46,582 nucleotides of DNA from Deltaproteobacteria bacterium TL4. GTDB taxonomy: Bacteria > SAR324 > NAC60-12. Position numbers and translations under genes: made by a program. Below, one piece after another: positions 17,985 through 24,670 of the stretch. The notes beneath the pieces were generated by a model. It had not been told where the DNA came from. It saw only the letters and a program-made list of their open reading frames with translations, and did not search any database. The stretch spans positions 1-46,582 of the forward strand of contig JBBCAX010000135.1 of assembly GCA_051382335.1 (NCBI GenBank), written 5' to 3'. Each line of letters opens with the position of its first letter. Positions within the stretch are counted from its first letter, which is position 1.

Positions 17985-19511
17985 TCATTTAGGTTTATCC
18001 ATAAAAACCATTTCTGTGATCACCCGTTTTTTTAAACCCGGACGATAATATCCTTCTTCTCCCACCACCAACCAGGATAAATTCAGGCTCAACGCCCGTT
18101 GTTTGTATAAACGCAAAAGCTTCAGAGGAAAGCCACATCTCCCTATTTTCCTCACCTTGCAGATTTCCAATTTCAATCCAAACAGTTTTGATACCCTCTC
18201 CGCTTCCTCCTCATAAAACTCACAAAATTTACCTACCTGGAAAAAGATCAGGTAGGAGGAAAAACGTTGTTTAAACCAGCGATACTGGGATAACAGGTTC
18301 AGAGGAACATAGGCAGGTTCGTACAGGGGGATTAATTTTTTGTCATCCCCTACCCGAAAAATCCATCCTAACCAAGAATATTGTTCCCACAAGGATTGAA
18401 TCAGATTCCAGGAATCCGCCTGCTGGAAATGCCCCAGGTACGAAGCCAGCATTTGTCGGAGTTCATTCCTCTGTTCCTGTTTCAGACAGAGATGCAGGTA
18501 TTTCTGCTTCCCTATCCCCTTTTGCTGGATCATTTTCCTTTTTGTCTCCACCACCTTCACATGAAAGTTTTCGACCACTCGGTGTCGTACCAATTTGTAT
18601 TGAGGACGCACGATGTATCCCAAAAAATCGGATCCTTCGCTCACTCGTTTCAGGATTACCCCTGGCTTGATCTGCAATTCCAAACGCTTTAACAGAAACT
18701 CTTCAATGACTTCTTGCCAGTGTAATAATTCTTCACGGTCTTCACTCAGCAGAATAAAATCATCCATATATCGCAGATAAAAACGGCATTTCAACTGATG
18801 TTTTACAAATTGATCAAGTTCATTGAGATACACATTGGCAAAAAACTGGGAGGTTAAGTTTCCAATGGGTAACCCCTTGTTGATTCCCGACTGAAACAAA
18901 GTTTTATGAGGAGGAATCTTTTCCAGTAATCCAGGAACCCCTTTGTAAAAATAATCGCGAGTGCAGTCATGAAAAAGAATCCGCGCTGTCAAGCCCAGTA
19001 ACAAAGGGTCTTCCAACTTTCCTTGAATCAGTTCAAACAATATTCCACGATCAACGCTCATAAAAAATCCTCGAATATCCAGTTGCAGGAACCATCCTGG
19101 AATCCGATTTCCACGGGAAACCCTAGCCATAAAGGACTGAAGACGCTCAACGGCCGCATGGGTTCCCTTGTTTTTACGGCAAGCATAGGAATCAAAAATA
19201 AACTTCGGTTCCCAGATTGCTTCCAGGCGCGGCACCAACAGATGATGCACCACACGGTCACGAAAGTTAGCGGCAAAGACCTCCCTAAGTTTGGGATCAG
19301 TGACTACAAAACACAGAGATCGGGATGGCTCATAAAAGCCTTGTTCAAGGGATTCCTCCAATTGAAACAGATTTCCAAAAAGATCTGCTTCAAATCTTAG
19401 GGTATTGATGGTTCCACGTTTACGTTTGCGGCATGAATAATACGCTTCATACAGCGAACGAAACGAAAATAAACCATCCAAATCACTTTCCACCTCGGAC
19501 GCAACGGACAT
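17985..19511 (-). CDS. DGR reverse transcriptase with C-terminal MutS-domain-I-like extension
   Basis: KLREVFAANFRDRVVHH, SYACRKNKGTHAA, LQLDIRGFF, GLPIGNLTSQFFANVYL, YLRYMDDF, DFLGY; C-terminal LIFFQVGKFCEFYEEEAERVSKLFGL..CGFP; exact start uncertain (overlaps TR). Confidence 0.95.
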   Translation of the reverse strand: MSVASEVESDLDGLFSFRSLYEAYYSCRKRKRGTINTLRFEADLFGNLFQLEESLEQGFYEPSRSLCFVVTDPKLREVFAANFRDRVVHHLLVPRLEAIWEPKFIFDSYACRKNKGTHAAVERLQSFMARVSRGNRIPGWFLQLDIRGFFMSVDRGILFELIQGKLEDPLLLGLTARILFHDCTRDYFYKGVPGLLEKIPPHKTLFQSGINKGLPIGNLTSQFFANVYLNELDQFVKHQLKCRFYLRYMDDFILLSEDREELLHWQEVIEEFLLKRLELQIKPGVILKRVSEGSDFLGYIVRPQYKLVRHRVVENFHVKVVETKRKMIQQKGIGKQKYLHLCLKQEQRNELRQMLASYLGHFQQADSWNLIQSLWEQYSWLGWIFRVGDDKKLIPLYEPAYVPLNLLSQYRWFKQRFSSYLIFFQVGKFCEFYEEEAERVSKLFGLKLEICKVRKIGRCGFPLKLLRLYKQRALSLNLSWLVVGEEGYYRPGLKKRVITEMVFMDKPK

Positions 19512-19623
19512 AGTTCGTATTAGTCTTATTGTTGTTGTTCACGTTACCATTGTTGAAGTTCACGTTCCACGCATTGCTCGTATTGTTAGCGTTGGTAGTG
19601 GACGACCAATAGTTCGACGACTC
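19483..19623 (-). ncRNA. DGR template repeat (TR)
   Basis: Between avd and RT; in VR frame reads ESSNYWSSTTNANNTSNAWNVNFNNGNVNNNNKTNTNYVRCVRGGK* with 16 AAC/AAT codons. Confidence 0.96.
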
Positions 19624-19627
19624 ATTT

Positions 19628-19724
19628 CGTCCATTCACTTGTTCGGGCTTTCGCCCCACCTTCTTCCGATCCCGAAAGTACGAAAAAATGTATGATTATC
19701 CCCTAAATCAGGGGGGAATGGACG
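19628..19724 (-). ncRNA. Putative structured 5' leader of the DGR TR-RNA
   Basis: 9-bp closing pair cgtccattc(19628-36)/gaatggacg(19716-24) enclosing GGGC-GAAA-GCCC (19645-56) and cccct/agggg (19700-14) hairpins. Confidence 0.55.
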
Positions 19725-19754
19725 CACAGTGATCTTAAGCACGCTCATCAGCCA

Positions 19755-20126
19755 TCAAGTGACTGGTGATTCCGGCTTTTTCCCTTTTTGGCTTTTCAGC
19801 CATCCCTCACTCTGCTTACAAATATCGGTTATCAGGTGAGCGGCCTGTTGAAATTGAGCAAAGCTCTTAAACGCCTTGATCTCCTTGCCAATCAGCAAAG
19901 TGGTCTTCATGGCTTCACTTTGGTTTCTTAATTCAGTCAAGCTGGCATATTTATCCTGTTCCGAATTTGCCTTGATGACACTAGTCACCAATTGACGTGA
20001 AAGTTCACGCATATCCTGACCAATGGAGTATTTATGATAGCGAGCGAAATCCCTGACCATGTTTTCAATCAAAACAGCCAATTCCATGGTTTTTTTATAA
20101 ATCGGTAAATTTTCGTAATAAGCCAT
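19755..20126 (-). CDS. avd: DGR accessory variability determinant (Avd-like four-helix bundle)
   Basis: 123 aa, basic; LPIYKK..F.RYHKYSIG..R pattern and terminal GW; position upstream of TR-RT. Confidence 0.85.
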   Translation of the reverse strand: MAYYENLPIYKKTMELAVLIENMVRDFARYHKYSIGQDMRELSRQLVTSVIKANSEQDKYASLTELRNQSEAMKTTLLIGKEIKAFKSFAQFQQAAHLITDICKQSEGWLKSQKGKKPESPVT

Positions 20127-20128
20127 AT

Positions 20129-20443
20129 TTATTTGACAAGCCTGATGATTTCAGTAATGTCGCGTTCCTTGTCAGCAGCTTGTAAAGCAATTGCCACGGA
20201 GTGCCCGCCACGCAGCAGTTTACCCACATAGGCATCCAAACCTGACAGAGGAAAACCTCCAATCACTATGGGTAATTGAATCGTACCTGCCATATTTAGT
20301 TTTAGTCCCGTAATCGCGGAAACGCTATGTGCGTCTTCGCCTATGACTTGCATAAAGACTCCTACCTGCATCAATAAGATACAGTCTTGAACACTTTCCT
20401 TGAGTTCCTGATAACGTTTTGCTAATTTTTCAGAAAATACCAT
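20129..20443 (-). CDS. Standalone MutS domain I-like (MSL-type) DGR accessory protein
   Basis: DCILLMQVGVFMQVIGEDAHSVSAITGLKL..GGFPLSGLDAYVGKLLRGGHSVAIALQ matches the MutS N-terminal pattern; GAAGGAGG RBS before ATG 20443. Confidence 0.8.
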   Translation of the reverse strand: MVFSEKLAKRYQELKESVQDCILLMQVGVFMQVIGEDAHSVSAITGLKLNMAGTIQLPIVIGGFPLSGLDAYVGKLLRGGHSVAIALQAADKERDITEIIRLVK

Positions 20444-20455
20444 TATTCCTCCTTC

Positions 20456-20486
20456 AAAAAAAAAATCGTCCGCCCCAAGGGCTGAC
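20456..20486 (-). terminator. Hairpin plus U-tract downstream of VR2 (intrinsic terminator and/or DGR target-recognition hairpin)
   Basis: Coding strand GTCAGCCC-TTG-GGGCGGAC (1 mismatch), then GA and T10. Confidence 0.55.
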
Positions 20487-20513
20487 AAATAATCAAATAA
20501 TCAAATACCCAAG

Positions 20514-20653
20514 TCACTGTCCACCTCGGACGCAACGGACATAGTACGTACTAGTCTTATTGCTGTAGTTCACGCGACCATAGCCGAAGTACACGTACCA
20601 CGCATAGCTCGTATCGTTAGCGTAGGTAGTGGACGACCAATAGTACGACGACT
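20514..20653 (-). repeat. DGR variable repeat VR2
   Basis: 140-nt match to TR with 16 mismatches, all at TR adenines. Confidence 0.97.
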
Positions 20654-23600
20654 TTGTATTGAGAAAATAAGTTGTATTGATCGCTGGATTATACCTTCCA
20701 ACATTTACAATGCTTATGAGTTGACGACGATTGGGCAACGTCCAATCGGTGTAGCCTCCCAAGGACAGATTATCACAATATGTTCCGGCGGCTGACCAGG
20801 TATAAGTACTGTTGTTATCTTCTTTTTGCCACATCAGCCCTGTTACATTATCCGTGATGGTGCTGTTGCCATTGTCAGTGTAAGAAGGGGTGTTTTGCGT
20901 ATAATCGTGGTCTTCTCCAAAAGTCGTGGTATAGGAAGTTGTTTGTCCGGTATCTGGTATCGCCTGATAATCGTTGATACCGACACTGGCGGCACTGGAA
21001 CTTTCTCCCCAATTATTCATGCTGAACGCCAGCAGAGAGGTAGCCAGGGAGGGCAAAACCGTATTACTGGAGAAGGTGTAAGTATAAGTGGCACTGCCAT
21101 TGGCTGTAATTTGGGTGATGGCAGTTTCGCTTTGTTTGGTCGTGCTGCTGCTGCCCCAATAAAGCGTGTAATGGGAGATATTTGACTCATCACTGGCTTT
21201 GCTGATCGTCACATCGCCTCCGACTCTTCCCCAGCGGCCATCGGTATCTGTAAAAGCCACACTGGTTGCTGTAACTGTGGGGGCAGCATCATTATCAGCG
21301 TTGGTCACACTCACCAAACTTGCGGCAAGCGAGCCATAACCGCTGGTATCACTTGTGCTGGAAAGACTCACCGAAATAGTGTAGGTGATATTGCCATCCT
21401 GTACCGCGTCATCCACGCCTGTGACGATCACCGTCTGATTGGTGTTCCAGTCTGAAGCGGTATAGGTGAGACTGGCGGGCGAAACCGTGCCTTCCGCTGT
21501 TTTGCTCGAAACCACGCTCAACACAACATTGGCCGTGGGTTGGCTATTAAGTTTGACAGTAAAAGTAGCAGTTCCACCAGCTTCAGTCGTGTTGCCGCTG
21601 ATGGCGCTGATGACGAAACCTGGTGAATCATTATCTGTATTGGTGACGGCAACATCATCAGGATTCAACGAGGCATAACCGCTGGTGTCCAGGGTATTGC
21701 CAGTATTGAGGGTGAGTTGAACCGTGTAGCTTTGATTGCCATCGGCAATGTCGTCGTTTACGCCTGTGACTGTGATGGTTTGGTTAGCGTTCCAGTTGGT
21801 GGAGGAGAAAGTTATGCTGGATGGCGAGACAGTTCCTTCGGTCACATCCGATGTGACCACGTCAATCACGACATTGGCTGTGGGTTCACTAGTCAGTTTC
21901 ACTGTGAAAGTGGCCGTTCCTCCCGCTTCGCTTGTGTTGCCGCTGATGACGCTGATGATAAAGCCTGCGGATTCTCCCAGATCGGTATTGGTGACGGCAA
22001 CATCGTCAGGATTGAGTGCTGAATAACCGCTGATATCGGTTGTGGCTTTGGTATTGATGGTGAGTTGGATAGTAAAACTTTGGTTGCCATCGGCAATGTC
22101 GTCATTGACGCCTGTGACTGTGATGGTTTGGTTAGCATTCCAGTTGGTGGAAGTGAAGGTCAGAGATGCTGTTGAAACGGTTCCTTCAGTGGTATCAGAC
22201 GTTGCCACGTCAATTACGACATTGCCCGTAGGTTCGTACATAAGTTTGACAGTAAATGACGCGCTCGAACCATCTTCCGCTGTGTTTCCACTGATGGCGC
22301 TAATAGTGAACCCGGGGTGGTCGTCGTCAATGTTGGTCACAGAGACAGTAGAGGGGGGCAACAAGGCATAACCACTATTATCCAGAGTGCCGACCGTGTT
22401 GAGGGTGAGTTGGATGGTGTAGCTTTGGTTGCCATCAATGACATCATCATTAACTCCGGTTACGGTAACCGTCTGATTGGCATTCCAGTTATCTGAGGTA
22501 AAGATCAGGGAGGAGGGAGAAACGGAGCCTTCAGAAGGATCAGTGCTAACGATAGCCACCACAACATCGCCTGTAGGCTCGGTATTGATTTTAATGGTAA
22601 AGGTGGCGGTTCCGCCTTTTTCGGTGGTCAGGCCGCTGAGCGCGCTGATTCTGAAGCCTGGAAGTTCGTTGTCCTCGTTGATCACGGTAACACTTTCAAG
22701 ACTTAACTGATGGTAGCCGGGATCCTGACTCGTGGTGTTTCCAAAAAGGATCGAAACCCTTTGATTGCCGTCCTCTTCCGAATCGTCGATGCCAGTGAGG
22801 GTGACGGTTTGAGGAGCGTTCCAATTCAGCGGAGTGAAGGTCAGGGTTTGCGGAAAGACTGTGACTTCCGTCGTATCACCGCTGGAAAGGGAAAGGGTAA
22901 CTTCCGCGGTAGGCGCGACATTCAAGCGCACCGTGAAGGTCGCGGTTTCTCCAAATTCATTGGTATTGCCACTGACCGCGCTCACGGTGATCCCGGGTGT
23001 TTCATTATCAATGTTTTCAACCTGGACATCCTCAGGATCCATACCCTTGTAAACGGTATCCTCACTAACCGCGGCGGACAGGACGATGTGATAACGCTGA
23101 TTGCCGTCCGCGGCGGCGTCATCCACACCTTGAACCGTCGCTGTTTGCGGGGTTTCCCAATTGTCAGGAGTGAAACGGAGTTCCTTTTGGAGGATGACAC
23201 CTTCAGCGGCGTTATCACTGGCTAAAGGCACAATTACATCCGCAGTCGGCTGGCTGTGAATCTGAACCGTGAAGGAGGCGGTTTGACCGGATTCTGAGGT
23301 TTTTCCGCTGATAGGGCCAACCGTAAACCCAGGTGAATCGTCATCCACATTGACGACTTTGACATCGTCAGGATTGAGCGTTTGATAATCAGCGTCTTTG
23401 GTAACGACTGTTCCCAGAATCACAGCGTAGCGTTTTTCTCCATCCGCGACGGAGTCATCAACACCAGTGACCATGACGATTTGTTGGGTGCTCCAGTTTT
23501 CCGCGGTGAAGGTCAATTGGGAAGTGGAAACCGTGCCCTCGGTCACCTTGCTGCTGGAAACCGGGAGGACAACGTCATGAGTTGGGATTTGTTTGAGTTT

Positions 23601-23786
23601 GACCGTAAACGTGGCATAAGTTCCGGTTTCCGAGGTTTTGTTGCTGATTGGACTGATGTCAAAGCCCAACGCTCCTGGAATGGGCGTGGGTTCCTGATCA
23701 AAATACTCGTCCTGTAAGCAGGAAGGGATGACTCCCAGCATGAAGAGGAGGAGGAAAAAGAGGTTTGTGAATTGTTGGTTTTTCAT
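20514..23786 (-). CDS. DGR target 2: putative surface lipoprotein with seven Calx-beta-like repeats, a beta-sandwich linker and a C-terminal DUF1566 domain
   Basis: Signal/lipobox-like LLLFMLGVIPS-C; 7x GF.IS.ISG.T.E.G.TATFTVKL..NW...QT.TVTGV.D..DGNQ; IPDTGQ..YTDNG..LMWQK..YWSST..YVRCVRGGQ. Confidence 0.9.
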   Translation of the reverse strand: MKNQQFTNLFFLLLFMLGVIPSCLQDEYFDQEPTPIPGALGFDISPISNKTSETGTYATFTVKLKQIPTHDVVLPVSSSKVTEGTVSTSQLTFTAENWSTQQIVMVTGVDDSVADGEKRYAVILGTVVTKDADYQTLNPDDVKVVNVDDDSPGFTVGPISGKTSESGQTASFTVQIHSQPTADVIVPLASDNAAEGVILQKELRFTPDNWETPQTATVQGVDDAAADGNQRYHIVLSAAVSEDTVYKGMDPEDVQVENIDNETPGITVSAVSGNTNEFGETATFTVRLNVAPTAEVTLSLSSGDTTEVTVFPQTLTFTPLNWNAPQTVTLTGIDDSEEDGNQRVSILFGNTTSQDPGYHQLSLESVTVINEDNELPGFRISALSGLTTEKGGTATFTIKINTEPTGDVVVAIVSTDPSEGSVSPSSLIFTSDNWNANQTVTVTGVNDDVIDGNQSYTIQLTLNTVGTLDNSGYALLPPSTVSVTNIDDDHPGFTISAISGNTAEDGSSASFTVKLMYEPTGNVVIDVATSDTTEGTVSTASLTFTSTNWNANQTITVTGVNDDIADGNQSFTIQLTINTKATTDISGYSALNPDDVAVTNTDLGESAGFIISVISGNTSEAGGTATFTVKLTSEPTANVVIDVVTSDVTEGTVSPSSITFSSTNWNANQTITVTGVNDDIADGNQSYTVQLTLNTGNTLDTSGYASLNPDDVAVTNTDNDSPGFVISAISGNTTEAGGTATFTVKLNSQPTANVVLSVVSSKTAEGTVSPASLTYTASDWNTNQTVIVTGVDDAVQDGNITYTISVSLSSTSDTSGYGSLAASLVSVTNADNDAAPTVTATSVAFTDTDGRWGRVGGDVTISKASDESNISHYTLYWGSSSTTKQSETAITQITANGSATYTYTFSSNTVLPSLATSLLAFSMNNWGESSSAASVGINDYQAIPDTGQTTSYTTTFGEDHDYTQNTPSYTDNGNSTITDNVTGLMWQKEDNNSTYTWSAAGTYCDNLSLGGYTDWTLPNRRQLISIVNVGRYNPAINTTYFLNTKSSYYWSSTTYANDTSYAWYVYFGYGRVNYSNKTSTYYVRCVRGGQ

Positions 23787-23899
23787 GGTTTCACCTATTT
23801 TGGAACTTGGTTTGACAACATTTTTTTTTAACGCAAAGACGCAAAGGGAACGAAGGGACGCGGAGAGTAACGTCGAACAAGCGTTTCTTCATGGATTTA

Positions 23900-24162
23900 T
23901 ACTTGACACAAGGAAATCCCCATCATGAGAAAATGTTGGTCAAAGGAAAAAGCCTGAGTAATCTCATACCTTTCGCAAACAGCAAAGCTGACACAATCTG
24001 TAAACGACAGCACCGCGTGATTGTCTCATCAACCACATAGTCTGTTGTGAGAAACCGTACTTGTTGTTTTTTCAAATTGGAGTAGATGCGAATAGCTTCA
24101 TGATGGTACTGGTCAGAGGAATCTATTAATGCTATCCACGCCCCTGTATCAACAAAGATCAT
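23900..24162 (-). pseudogene. vapC: VapC PIN toxin with internal deletion and frameshift
   Basis: N-terminal MIFVDTGAWIAL..DQYH..TTDYVVDETITR in one frame; C-terminal LSFTDCVSFAVC..AFSFDQHF..GF in another, immediately adjacent. Confidence 0.8.
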
Positions 24163-24386
24163 TTTGGGTTTTTCCCGCTATAGAGAATGGTGTCATGATT
24201 GATGGACGCATTTGTTTGACCTGTTTCACAGATTCCAATTAATTGGTCAAGGGCTACATATTCGTCTGTTTGCTCAGGTTCAACGATTTTAACATCCAAG
24301 AGAACTTTTTCCTTTGTAATTTCTTTGAACATCTCATTCATTGGAATCAAAAATCCATTAGCTTGCTTTATGGCCTCAACTTTCAT
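24159..24386 (-). CDS. Putative VapB-type antitoxin
   Basis: 75 aa, ATGA overlap with vapC; C-terminal LIG...ASINHDTILY typical of such partners; AAGGAG RBS. Confidence 0.7.
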   Translation of the reverse strand: MKVEAIKQANGFLIPMNEMFKEITKEKVLLDVKIVEPEQTDEYVALDQLIGICETGQTNASINHDTILYSGKNPK

Positions 24387-24457
24387 TTTTTCTCCTTATT
24401 TAGAATGATTCTTTCCTCAGGGAACAAGGAAATTCAAAAATTCCATCGGGTTTTAGT

Positions 24458-24670
24458 GGTGCGCTCGCTGCGCTTAAGCGGCACCCTACTTTTGGTGCGC
24501 TCGCTGCGCTTAAGCGGCACCCTACTTTTGGTGCGCTCGCTGCGCTTAAGCGGCACTCTACTTGGTGCGCTCGCTGCGCTTAAGCGGCACCCTACGGCGG
24601 TGCGCTCGCTGCGCTTAAGCGGCACCCTACCTTTTTATGGTGCGCTCGCTGCGCTTAAGTGGCACCCTCC
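24458..24670 (-). repeat. Tandem array of six 32-nt GTAG-family REPs
   Basis: Units start at 24458, 24494, 24530, 24564, 24599, 24639; spacers 4, 4, 2, 3, 8 nt. Confidence 0.92.

Noticed and set aside
17985..19511. RT as group II intron, retron or CRISPR-associated RT
   Set aside because: Adjacent avd, TR and two adenine-mutated VRs, plus the GLPIGNLTSQ motif, identify a DGR RT; no intron or msr/msd evidence seen.
20129..20488. MutS pseudogene, or longer start at 20488
   Set aside because: A strong RBS precedes ATG 20443, the ORF is a clean single domain coupled to avd, no other MutS domains are nearby, and the extension overlaps the hairpin and T-tract.
20826..23717. Multiple + strand ORFs opposite the large target gene
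   Set aside because: Antisense shadows of a repetitive Thr/Ser/Val-rich gene with no independent motifs.
24458..24670. Possible CRISPR array
   Set aside because: Spacers are only 2-8 nt, the unit occurs singly elsewhere (361, 16909, 17451) beside a RAYT remnant, and no cas genes are present; it is a REP array.
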